DNA from: Nemertoderma westbladi
Lineage: Eukaryota > Animalia > Xenacoelomorpha
Assembly: GCA_032718475.1 (NCBI GenBank)
Contig: JAUCBJ010007473.1
Coordinates: 20,303 to 84,302, forward strand
Length of the DNA: 64,000 bases
Direction: 5' to 3'
In this document: piece after piece, positions 39,101 through 51,314 of the stretch
Position numbering within the stretch: the first letter of the stretch is position 1
Layout: each line of letters opens with the position of its first letter
Position numbers and translations under genes: made by a program
Notes under the pieces: model-generated
Databases searched by the model: none
Seen by the model: only the letters and a program-made list of their open reading frames with translations
Told to the model about the DNA's origin: nothing

Positions 39101-39790
39101 TCATCTATACACAATTACGCCACCCTCTTTTCATCTTTAGGAAACTTTTGTTTACCGCTATTTCGTCTAACCTCTTCCCAAAAATCCATGTGTTTTCAAG
39201 GCCCATCTATTTGGAGTACCATCCCTTGTGATATGCGTAACAAAAAATCCAAACCTACATTTTCAAAAAATTACAAACTTCATCTAATTTCTAAATTATA
39301 ACCAAATTCACTCCCATACAAACCATATCACTGGCCTGCGTCTTTGCTCAATTTTAATTTTAATTTTAATTCAAATTGCAAAAATCTTAATTCCATCCAC
39401 ATTGTACATCCGTCGCCTACAGATTTCCCGCTGACGTTACCTTACTTATTATTGTACATACAATAAGTAACTATTTACAAGATTAGTCCCACGGTTCAAA
39501 AATATAATTAATAAATTTCGAAACTAATAAAAACTATCCTAAATTATGAGTATTCAGATGTAACCTCCCTTCCTCACCCCCCCCCCCCCACCCCCTCCTC
39601 TCTCACCCCCCCCCCCCTACCCCCTCCTCTCTCACCCCCCCCCCCCCGGTGGTTAGCGTCTACTAGCCCTGCTATTAGCTAGCCTCCGTGTCCTTACATC
39701 GTTCCCTGACACCCTACCAACTTTTTTCTTAACTATTTACAATATATATCCACATTTTATGGTATTTGGGTGCGTGCAATACAATAAATT
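36135..39790 (+). mobile_element. CR1/L2(Crack)-group LINE, near-complete ORF2 with frameshifts
   Basis: C..C...FPF, HVNIRSL, SET, GDFNID, LIDH, SDH; YRPIS, DLKKAFD, GVPQGS, FADD; AATAAA end. Confidence 0.93.
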
Positions 39791-39829
39791 TCATAAATTA
39801 AGAAGGATTAAATTTATATTGAATTGAAT

Positions 39830-40326
39830 TGAATTGCGACCCATACAAACTATAACAGACTGTTCAGCAACCGATATGGACGAAGATCTATTCCTAGAAA
39901 CAGAGAAAACCCAACAAGAAATGACGAAATATTTTAACCTGGAAACCCAAGAATTCGCCGAAAAGGACGAAAACCTATCAGAGGAAGACCAATACTGTAT
40001 GGACGTTCTCGACCAAGCAGTATTTAAGGACGGGCATTGGTGTTCACCAATGCTATGGAAGGATCCGGACAGACCGATGGCTAACAATGCTAGTGTGGCC
40101 CTAAGGAGGCTAATAATGACGTCGATGATGATGATGATGATGTTGATTGCAATAATAATGTTGAGACCTATGATGGGAGCGGACGGACTAATATGCCGTA
40201 ATACCCGGATGGCGAATGCCCCGGTTGAGTCCCTCATACCCAACCATCTCCTCGGAAGGCCTAAGACCACCATCCTTCCGGAAGCAATGTTCCCAGATCC
40301 CAATGACATCTCGAGACACACTAACT
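39830..40326 (+). pseudogene. Internally deleted BEL/Pao pol remnant
   Basis: LSEEDQYC..DGHW..PMLWK..N (pre-RT) joined to LIPNHLLG (integrase end) across an (ATG)n tract. Confidence 0.6.
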
Positions 40327-43303
40327 GTAAGATCTTCTTTAACGTCCGAGCTAGATCGACCTAGTAGTAGTAGCAGTAAGATTTTCTTTAATGTCCGAGC
40401 TCGCTAGACCTTGAGGTAGTAGCAGCAAGATCTTCTTTAATGTCCGAGCTCGCTCGACCTAGTAGTAGTAGTAGCAGTAAGATTTTCTTTAATGTCCGAG
40501 CTCGCTCGACCTAGTAGTAATAGCAGTAAGATTTTCTTTAGTGTCCGAGCTCTCTCGACCTTTTAGGTAGTAGCAGCAAGATCTTCTTTAATGTCCGAGC
40601 TCGCTCGACCTAGTAGTAGTAGTAGCAGTAAGATTTTCTTTAATGTCCGAGCTCGCTCGACCTAGTAGTAGTAGTAGCAGTAAGATTTTCTTTAATGTCC
40701 GAGCTCGCTCGACCTTGTAGTAGTAGCAGCAAGATCTCCTTTAATGTCCGAGCTCGCTTGCTAGTAGTAGTAGCAATAAAATCTTCTTTAATGTCCGAGC
40801 TCGCTCGACCTAGTAGTAGTAGCAGTAAGATATTCGTTAATGTCCAAGCTCGCTCGACCTAGTAGTAGTAGCAGTAAGATCTTATTTAATGTCCGAGCTC
40901 GCTCGACCTAGTAGTAGTAGTAGTAAGATCCTCTTTAATATCCGAGCTCGCTCGACCTTGTAGTAGTAGCAGTAAGATCTCCTTTAATATCCGAGCTCGC
41001 TCGACCTAGTAGTAGCAGCAGTAAGATTTTTTTTAATGTCCGAGCTTGCTCGACCTAGTAGTAGTAGTAGTAAGATCCTCTTTAATATCCGAGCTCGCTC
41101 GACCTTGTAGTAGTAGCAGTAAGATCTCCTTTAATATCCGAGCTCGCTCGACCTAGTAGTAGCAGCAGTAAGATTTTTTTTAATGTCCGAGCTTGCTCAA
41201 CCTTGTAGTAGTAGCAGTAAGATCCTCTTTAATATCCGAGCTCGCTCGACCTAGTAGTAGTAGCAGTAAGATATTCGTTAATGTCCAAGCTCGCTCGACC
41301 TAGTAGTAGTAGCAGTAAGATCTTATTTAATGTCCGAGCTCGCTCGACCTAGTAGTAGTAGTAGTAAGATCCTCTTTAATATCCGAGCTCGCTCGACCTT
41401 GTAGTAGTAGCAGTAAGATCTCCTTTAATATCCGAGCTCGCTCGACCTAGTAGTAGCAGCAGTAAGATTTTTTTTAATGTCCGAGCTTGCTCAACCTTGT
41501 AGTAGTAGCAGTAAGATCCTCTTTAATATCCGAGCTCGCTCGACCTTGTAGTAGTAGCAGTAAGATCTCCTTTAATATCCGAGCTCGCTCGACCTAGTAG
41601 TAGCAGCAGTAAGATTTTTTTTAATGTCCGAGCTTGCTCAACCTTGTAGTAGTAGCAGTAAGATCTCCTTTAATGTCCGAGCTCGCTCGACCTAGTAGTA
41701 GTAGTAGCAGTAAGATTTTCTTTAATGTCCGAGCTCGCTCGACCTGTAGTAGTAGTAGCAGTAAGATCTTTCCTTAATGTCCGAGCTCGCTCGACCTAGT
41801 AGTAGTAGTGAGTAAGATCTCTCTTTAATGTCCGAGCTCGCTCGACCTTGTAGTAGTAGCAGTAAGATCTCCGTTAATGTACGAGCTCGCTCGACCTAGT
41901 AGTAGCAGCAGTAAGATTTTCTTTAATGTCCGAGCTTGCTCGACCTTGTAGTAGTAGCAGTAAGATCTCTCTTTAATGTCCGAGCTCGCTCGACCTTGTA
42001 GTAGTAGCAGTAAGATCTCCTTTAATATCCGAGCTCGCTCGACCTAGTAGTAGCAGCAGTAAGATTTTCTTTAATGTCCGAGCTTGCTCGACCTTGTAGT
42101 AGTAGCAGTAAGATCTCCTTTAATGTCCGAGCTCGCTCGACCTAGTAGTAGTAGTAGCAGTAAGATTTTCTTTAATGTCCGAGCTCGCTCGACCTAGTAG
42201 TAGTAGTAGCAGTAAGATCTTCCTTAATGTCCGAGCTCGCTCGACCTAGTAGTAGTAGTAGAAGTAAGATTTTCTTTAATGTCCGAGCTCGCTCGACCTA
42301 GTAGTAGTAGTAGCAGTAAGATCTTCTTTAATGTCCGAGCTCGCTCGACCTAGTAGTAGTAGTAGTAAGATCTTCTTTAATGTCCGAGCTCGCTCGACCT
42401 TGTAGTAGTAGCAGTAAGATCTTCTTTAATGTCCGAGCTCGCTCGACCTTGTAGTAATAGCAGTAAGATTTTCTTTAATGTCCGAGCTCGCTCGACCTAG
42501 TAGTAGCAGCAGTAAGATATTCGTTAATGTCCAAGCTCGCTCGACCTAGTAGTAGTAGCAGTAAGATTTTCTTTAATGTCCGAGCTCGCTCGACCTAGTA
42601 GTAGTAGCAGCAGTAAGATATTCGTTAATGTCCAAGCTTGCTCGACCTAGTAGTAGTAGCAGTAAGATTTTCTTTAATGTCCGAGCTCGCTCGACCTAGT
42701 AGTAGTAGCAGTAAGATATTCGTTAATGTCCGAGCTCGCTCGACCTAGTAGTAGTAGCAGCAGTAAGATATTCGTTAATGTCCAAGCTCGCTCGACCTAG
42801 TAGTAGTAGCAGTAAGATTTTCTTTAATGTCCGAGCTCGCTCGACCTAGTAGCAGTAGTAAGGTTTTCTTTAATGTCCGAGCTCGCTCGACCTAGTAGTA
42901 GTAGCAGTAAGATATTCGTTAATGTCCGAGCTCGCTCGACCTAGTAGTAGTAGCAGCAGTAAGATATTCGTTAATGTCCAAGCTCGCTCGACCTAGTAGT
43001 AGTAGCAGTAAGATTTTCTTTAATGTCCGAGCTCGCTCGACCTAGTAGCAGTAGTAAGGTTTTCTTTAATGTCCGAGCTCGCTCGACCTAGTAGTAGTAG
43101 CAGTAAGATTTTCTTTAATGTCCGAGCTCGCTCGACCTAGTAGTAGTAGTAGCAGTAAGATTTTCTTTAATGTCCGAGCTCGCTCGACCTAGTAGTAGTA
43201 GCAGTAAGATTTTCTTTAATGTCCGAGCTCGCTCGACCTAGTAGTAGTAGCAGTAAGATTTTCTTTAATGTCCGAGCTCGCTCGACCTAGTAGTAGTAGT
43301 AGA
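40327..43303. repeat. ~46-53-bp tandem array with internal (TAG)n
   Basis: GTAAGATTTTCTTTAATGTCCGAGCTCGCTCGACC(TAG)nCA units. Confidence 0.97.
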
Positions 43304-44045
43304 AAATCTTATTCAGTATTCAGTAAATCTGTTTAAGTATTTTTCACTAATTATATTCTGTTTTCGTTTTGTTTATTGTGTTTATGGGTTAGGTGTGTGT
43401 AGGTGTTAGGTGCTGTAATATGGGATGCTTTTAAAAACCATCAAACATAATACTGATAATAAATTTGAAGTTATGAAGTCTCATGTCAAATTTGAAGTTA
43501 TGAAGTCTCATGTCTTAATTAAAAATATATATTAATACAACTGATATGCTTTATTTATTATCAAAAATCACAATTTTGATTGTAAAAAGAAAGTAAAAGT
43601 TTTCTTTGGCTGTTAGGACAGCCCCCCCCCCCCCCCCCCCCCCAGAACTATTCTCACTCCCCAGAGGAAACTCCATTACTCATTTAGTTACTGTACCATC
43701 CAGTACTATTTTACTATACAGTAGTACAGTGGTATTCACTACTGTACCTTTTCAGGATGCGAGGGAGATGCGCCTTGGGCAGTCTGCCCGGGCCCATATG
43801 CGGGGATCATACCCACGCCCTCCGGACATATGTGAATTCAATACAATGGATTTAACCATCCCAGGTGGAACCTACTGTATGCTATTACTATATATGTAAG
43901 AATGTACAGTATCTTTATCCAATATTATTTAATTGCAGAGGCGAATGTCCAAATCGCTGAATGACGGATTAACTTCCCCAAAGCCACCAAGGATAATCGA
44001 ACCGCGACGATACAGCAGTCCAGTTCTAAACACAATCCGACATTC

Positions 44046-44237
44046 TATAAGTGCTCTATGTAAACAACGTCCGAGGTCCCACAGTGCAGCTATACCCCAC
44101 GGTAAGTCTATATTACATATAAGTGCTCTATGTAAACAATGTCCGAGGTACCACAGTGCAGCTAAACGCCACGGTAGGTCTATATTCCATATAAGTGCTC
44201 TATGTAAACAACGTCCGAGGTCCCACAGTGCAGCTAT
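44046..44237. repeat. 72-bp tandem repeat, about 2.7 copies
   Basis: ATAAGTGCTCTATGTAAACAACGTCCGAGGTCCCACAGTGCAGCTA three times. Confidence 0.85.
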
Positions 44238-45218
44238 ACTGTTCGCGCTTTTAGACCTTTAACAGTTTAACCTACTAATTTATTTGTCTTATGATGTCTG
44301 ACAGCCCGCACAAAATATGACCATATTAGAAGCCAGTCTAGCGCGGCATATGTGGGAAACTGAATTCTATGGGCGTAACTGGGGTAGGCTAATTTGTATT
44401 ATTTGATTGATCTCTACTATATAATCTCCAAAAACTATGTTTACTTTCAGGGAAAATATCAACAGTTCCTTTAGATGCTGCTCTTTAAATATCAGACAGA
44501 ATTATGACTTATATTAATTACAACGACTGTTATAGATCATCACTGTTTTACATTCTTTAGGAATGTGGAATTATTCACATGCACTCATTTTACTGACAAT
44601 AAGACTGAAACACGCTAATTTGCCGACTGTTACCAATTTTACTCATATGTAAGGAGAAATTTAGCTCGCTTACATTGGGGTTATGAAATAGCATAAAATT
44701 CATACAGACCACTGTAATTTGAGCCAAGCAATTGTTACTATTGTTCCCTTCTGCTTACCTCAATAATAAAGAAAGTTAGGGGGAATTATCGATAATTTGT
44801 ACGTATTCTCCAAATATGAACATCCATTTAACATGTTACCAAATAACAATGAATAACAGTATAAAAAAGTATAAAATATGTGGTGCCGGCAGTTAATCAG
44901 CAGTCAGATGTTTGCCGCAGTTATATGGCAGAAGTCAGAATCAATGATTTAGAGATAGGTGCATAAAGAGTGGTGCAAGATAAATCGAGATAATTTACTA
45001 TAATCTATAATACTCTAGCCACTGATGGTCTTGGGCAGAAGTCAGAATGAATGATTTTGCCACACTGCGACATATTCATATGTAAACAAGGCCTGAAGAA
45101 TTGGCAAAGTAAAAATTGTGCTGATTGGCCGGGAAAATAACATAGAGGCTACGGGACAAAGAAAATACTCGCCAATGGCTGGTGATTTCATCATTAGAGC
45201 TCTACACCAAGATAAACG

Positions 45219-48200
45219 CTAAAGGGCATAAGTTTTATGTGCTCTCAAATCCCTTGTGATACTGCCAGTTTTAGAGTAGTTTGCGTATTGCACAAAAACG
45301 ACACATTTTTGCCGCAAAAGCTTTAACACCGCTTCCAGAAAATGGGACTTAAGTCTATATCTTATACCTAGAGTCACAGTTTCTAATGAGTTTAATACTC
45401 TAAACAATGAATTCTTCTTTCTAGAATAACGTTTACGGAGTTTCTTAAACTTTTGAGTTGTCTTTTTCTCCTCTGCGCGAGCCACTTTACTAGGAGGGCT
45501 ATAACTCCCGGGGGAAGGGTGCAATACAATTGCATCAGAAGGATTTGGATTTCGGTCGGTGTATCCACCGGTCGAGGTACCCGGTTGATCAATATTGATA
45601 GGAGGTTCTCGCCTCTCCTTTAATCAGGCTGCGATATATCAATACGTTTATTAGAGTTTTTTGCTCAACTTGGGGAAAGAGATAGGGGTGAAATGCATAC
45701 ACTCCCTCGTACGCACATCCCGGATAATACCAATGGTGCGACTCGCAGTAAAGATCTGCACTGGCTTCACAAGCTCGTATGTATCGAAGTACAATTAACT
45801 CGTCTACACTTTCAATGTCTTGGCTAAAAGGGCAATCACAACTAGCATGTCCTTTGAGTTGACAGTAATGACATTGGGTCATAAACTGGGGACAAACAGT
45901 GAAGATATGCTTATTATTGATGCGGCAATAAATCTCCATTAAGGGTTGGTCTTTGAAATAAAAACAAATAAAATAAAAAGTTCGTCAGAGTCTAATGGAT
46001 AGTGTGATCACGAGAGGCGCATAATCGGCAGCACTTCCAGGAAATATAGCTGGCGTGTCTATAATCATAGGCTATAAGACGTTGAGGGCCTTGATACCAC
46101 TCCAGCGTGTGATCATCATCATTGCTCATAAAAGTCATTGGTTCTATCTCATCTGCCTCCAAACAGACAGGTTCCTCTTCAGTCTGGAGAACTTCAATAG
46201 ATGTGGTCCTTCTTTTTGAAGAATGTACAGTTTGGATTTCCCTGATGGAATATCCCGAAGGGATTTTAGGTCTCTGGAGAACAGAGGAATGCATATTTTG
46301 AATGCAAACGTCTTTAAAGATAGTGAATCCGGCACTATCTAGTTTCTCAGCGGCAGAAGAATCCCACAGGTTGAGTTTGGTCAGTGCGCGATCTTTAAAC
46401 TGACTATCAACATTCCGAAATGGAGTCAGAAAGCACCTGAAACATTCAAATTGGATGAATTTGTTATGTTCATCTAACTTAGCAATTCAACTTAGTATGG
46501 TTCGACTGCACACATTGGCAAACCATCCGGCAAGTGCAGTATTTTCGAATATGGTATAGATGGCCAAGGAAGGATGGAGGGGAACACTCATAAAACTATA
46601 AACCGCTCCAGGCGCTTTCAATGGCCTATCGAAATGTAAACGTGAATAATGATTACCATAAATCTTTTGATAATTAAGCGGGTTTCCCACTTTGAAATTC
46701 CATCTGTATTCTTGGAATGATAAGTGCCTGATGGAAGTTCGTTGGACTTTATTTATTCCACTCGGCGTAGTAGCATACATGGTTCAGAAAAATCCTCGAC
46801 CTTCTGCCCAAGGGTCTATTAATTGTGTGTCGACGAAAGGATATGGGATATTTTCCATATTATTACAATCGTTCTGAAGATCTCCATAGATCATGGAATC
46901 GAGCACGGGTTGGGGAAGTATAGAGCCATCTATTCCCATAGCTGGTTTTCCCCCATGTCGATCACATAACGCTGTGCGAGTTCGAATTTTCCATGTCGGA
47001 GTCTCTTTTGTATCTCCATAAGATTTTCAAAAGAGTAGTTAATCGCATCGGAACACGCTCGAGTGAAGACGTGGGTGGAACTGGCTAGTGTTCAAATATG
47101 GATAAGTTGAGTAGTCCCGATTTCTCCCACAGGAATGCTACCTTCATTATCGTATGTCACAACACCATACATTTCAATAATGTTTCTAGTTTTGTTCCAG
47201 CCGTGGCTCTTTCTAACTTCATATCCACAGGGTTCCATAATGTCGCTCTTTCGCTGGCGTTAGGAAAATCGCGATATTTTAAATAATGCGGGGTATGCGT
47301 AGTTTCTTCTCAGTAATGCTGTATTCGTTCTTCCTCAAACAACACATCCAAGTTCCAATGGACTAATCGAGTTTTGATTAATCCCGTTGAGGTTGTACGG
47401 AGGGAGCACACTATTCTCTATTCTGGCAACATTATTCGGTTTTCCGAATGAGTTTGCTTTAATTAATTGATCGAGATGTTTTTGAAGCTATTCCAGTTCA
47501 ATCAGATCAAGGGGATTTATTAAAGGAAGAAACCTTAGACTGTGCTTAGGATCCTCGGGTTTTACCATATAATATTGAGCTAAATGGACATAGTAGGGGT
47601 GATCTTTGATCCCGTAAAATGAGTTTTATAAGGGTCTAGCATGCATATTAATCTCATGCACCATGCGACGAAAAAGGTCAGCTCAATTGTCCAGAGGTTC
47701 AACAAGTACACTGTCTACACAAGCAGTTTTGATTGGAGGATACTGTAACATGGGAGCGTCAGTGATAAGCTTGCAAGATTGCAGGTCGGTATTGACCGGT
47801 TGGGGTTGCGCTGTGGCAAATAGTTGGTTGCCGAACTGCATATATGTTTCTCATCAAGCTGAGTCTACTCTTCCTGTCTCCGAAACCAGTGTAATGAATA
47901 TGTATGTCCAAGTTCGATGTCCCTTTCGAGGTTTTCGATTTCTTGATCGAACAGAGGTAGAGACAGTTCTCTCACTGCTTGTACCAGTTGATGTAATTTA
48001 CGTTTGTCTAAGACGTCGTCGGTTCCCTTTCTGATCTTTGACGGATCGTTTCATGTGCATTCCGTACTACGCTTTCTTCAACTTCAGTTACAGGTTGGAT
48101 AGGCGTCAAACCAGGCCAATTATATGGATTGAATGGGGAAATCATGTGTCCTCGTCCCAAACCGGCTAGGTATGTAGGGCAACTATCCAAGGAATCAACA

Positions 48201-48750
48201 GCTGGAATGCCACCAATCAGTTGTTTGGGTAAAACAAGACAACAACGAGTATAACTCAGGAGGGTCAGTTATACTTTTTTTTTCTTTTCTTTCTACTTTT
48301 TTTGTGGTCGCACTGAGAAATGAGGGGTCTGACTGAGTATTCCGGAACTCTGATCATAGGTTTACTTAAGGATGATTTGAGTCGAGCGATCGTGGGTTGC
48401 ACGTCGAACAGATTTCGCTCAAAACTCCTGTAAGTATAGCGCTTGACACTATGTTTAGCGCAATGTCTCCGTGGGTGCTTATAGCATTCCATTTGTTTAT
48501 TAGGTCTGGGGCATTCAGCACAAAAATATCAAAGATGCACCTCTTGAAAATGAAACGCTGGTGACTTTTCTCCAGTTTTACAATATTCTTCCATTTGCTC
48601 GAAACTGTCCAGTACAACAGGTAGGGGGTCGATTCGCTGTAAGGTACATCATGGTAAAATATAATCGTTTAAGTTCGATCATAGGGTCAGGATGTATACC
48701 TTGCGGATATCGAGTTTCTACATTTTGCTGACTCGCTACTTTTAGATAAG
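45219..48750 (-). pseudogene. Decayed gene-dense block of unknown origin
   Basis: Co-oriented ORF pieces that join across stops and frameshifts; CCHC knuckle CHYCQLKGHASCDC. Confidence 0.45.
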
Positions 48751-48764
48751 TTTCTCGCAGGAAC

Positions 48765-49570
48765 TCCAAATACTCACTCATTGCGTAATCCAGCATAATT
48801 ACAAATAGTAATGATGCTAATGTGTCACCTTGCAGTACGACAGCCAGGATTGAGAAAAACTCAGTTTCACCATCTGGTGAGACTACCTGCGCTTCTGTGT
48901 CGCAATATAACAATCCAATGCCAGCAACAATTACTTATGGTATTCCATAAGCTCTTAGTATTTCAAGCATTTTGCCTCTATGAATGGAGTCGAATGCCTT
49001 CTTGAAGTGCACAAAGTCATGACTGCAGGGAGATTCTTTGACTTAATTCCTTCAATCAGTCTCCATAGTTCAAGTATCTGAGCTATTGTTGATCTACTTG
49101 GTCGAAATCCGTTTTGGCTCTTATGCAGTAGTTTCTCTATGTGAGGGCTAATCCTATATAGAATCATTTCATTGTATATTTTGGCAGCTACCACAAGCAG
49201 ACAGATCCTACGATAATTTGTTGGTATACCGAGGTCTCCTTTCTTGGGGAGAGGCTTTAGTTGACCTTTAGACCAAATTGGTGGTGGCTTTTCCCCTTTT
49301 AACATCCGGTAGCAAACATTCAATAATGGTCTGTTTAGCACTCCTGTTTTCTATAACTCCGCTGGGATTTCATCTAATCCATTCGCTTTATTATTGGACA
49401 TGTTTTTAATGCTTCTTTGGAGTTCGGCATGTGTAAAGTGTGCAAAGGGGCGGTGCCCCTTTGCACAACTTTTCCGACCAGATACCTCATTTACAGTTTG
49501 CCAGGTAAATCTTGATTGTTGCTGTATGTGAGCAGTTGTAATTGCTTCAATTTTATCCTGACTTATCATG
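48765..49570 (-). mobile_element. RTE-clade LINE RT fragment
   Basis: KANGLDEIPAE, PLPKKGDL, NYRRI, QNGFRPSRST, VLQGDTLA; decayed. Confidence 0.85.
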
Positions 49571-49576
49571 GCTGAT

Positions 49577-50057
49577 GCCGTTTAGTGGCTGCCCTCATGG
49601 ACTCCTCACTAGCCAGTCTATGTCGCCTAGGGCATAGAGACATACTGGGTCCCATCTCTTGTAGACTTACATTAGGGGACGCCTCGTTCTGCCTGTCTAA
49701 TAGAATCCGATAACTTCGAACCTGAATCAATTTACCTACGAAAGTAAAACACAAAGCGAGTTCAAAACCTGAACGACATATTTTAGTCACTTCGCTGCCA
49801 CGAAAAAAATCAACAAAGAAATTTTTTAACTTCGCAGCAAAAGGATCGAAATCCCACTCCTCTCCGGTGAATACAAGACAAGGTTTAGTTCCTAGAGTGC
49901 AACGCAACGAACTACTGAATTCCGTTAGTGAACGGAAGTCGTTGACACTGAATTCGAACATATCAAGGACGTGTTGATCGAAGGTTCGCCCCATTTTCAA
50001 GTTATTCGGTCTCTTCTTTGCATGAGTGCCGACCGCAAATAAACTGCAGTCGTACTC
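49577..50057 (-). pseudogene. RPF2: Ribosome production factor 2 (Brix domain) internal fragment
   Basis: DCSLF..GTH.KKRPNNL.MGR.FD.HVLDM.E, GTKP.L.F.G, LK..F.DFFRG, EMGPS; N- and C-termini absent. Confidence 0.88.
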
Positions 50058-51314
50058 AAAGGGATTCAAAGGGACTCAAAGAATTGTTGGCTGCTCTCTC
50101 TCCAGTAGGGGGTGAGACAGGCAGCCGGTCAGGAGTTAACTGACGCTTGTGAGGTCGATTGTGTCCGGTAATTCCACTGGCCTCTAGTGACCGGACCTCC
50201 GCATTCCTAATGTAATCCATGGGGGGGGGGGGGCTTTTTTGCCGAGTCAGCTCTCGGGGCAAATACCACACCCTGGTTTGCCATTGCACAGGGTGGGTGT
50301 CGCAGTGGAGTCAGATGAGTCAGTGGAGCCATCACATCACCCATACCTACTCTGACGCCCGTGACCCACCATTGGCTGTGCAGCTCATCTGCTTGGCCAT
50401 ACCCTGTACCCCTGCTGCCAGGTGCAGGTCGCAGTATGAAGTGCACTCATAGTGGACATGAGAACACTCTACTCCTGACCAGCCATTGGTAGATCACCAT
50501 CTGCCTGGCCAGGCGATATACCCCTGCAGCCAAGTATATGGGTCCTTAATCCAGGACCAAGGGCGTCCTTATCCCAGAACGAAGGGGGTTCTACTTACAG
50601 GATCAGATTTGCCCTTGTAAGATGGTCTATGCAGCCACAGGTGGCACCTTCTTTATGGTGCATGGAAGTGGCAAGTTTTCTTGATCAATGAATGACCTAG
50701 AATACCTGACCTGACCTTATCCATTGCACAATGTACTGGACATATGATTTATGTGTTGTTTGTAGTCCTCAGGACTGCAGGAGGAGTGCGTACTACATGA
50801 AAAATTATATACATTGAAAAAAGATTTTTTCTCACGTGCTGCGCGAAGGGAAAATCGATCTCTAATGACAAAATTTTTTAACATCATTAAGTACCTATGC
50901 TGGACTACCTGTATATCGAATTTCAGTTAAATTTAATGAAAATGGAGTAAATGTCGCTCATTTTATTTAATATTGGATTTTTTGCAAAAATTATAAAAAC
51001 TCTTGAGTTTGTGACGTGCTGCGCGAAGCGCTATTAACAATATTTATTGAAATTTTTTTTCCTAGTTGATCACTATAGGTTGAACAAAGCCTGTTAAAAT
51101 TTTTGGAGCGTTTTGATAAAAAATGGGGAGAGGAGTTTATCACTGGTCTGCTGGTACGGATTCAAGATAGAGCGCATTAGTGACTTGATTTACTGATTTA
51201 GGCATAATTCTCTAATTGGATTCCTGTTGGTACCGGTACTACTGTACTACAGTATTATTGACTATACTCTGTCTGTACTTTATTACGATCCAGCACCAAC
51301 AGACCAATGCCACA

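Noticed and set aside
51216-51314. N-terminal extension of SUOX in the ORF track
   Set aside because: Starts at TTG; the ATG at 51315 gives a plausible mitochondrial presequence
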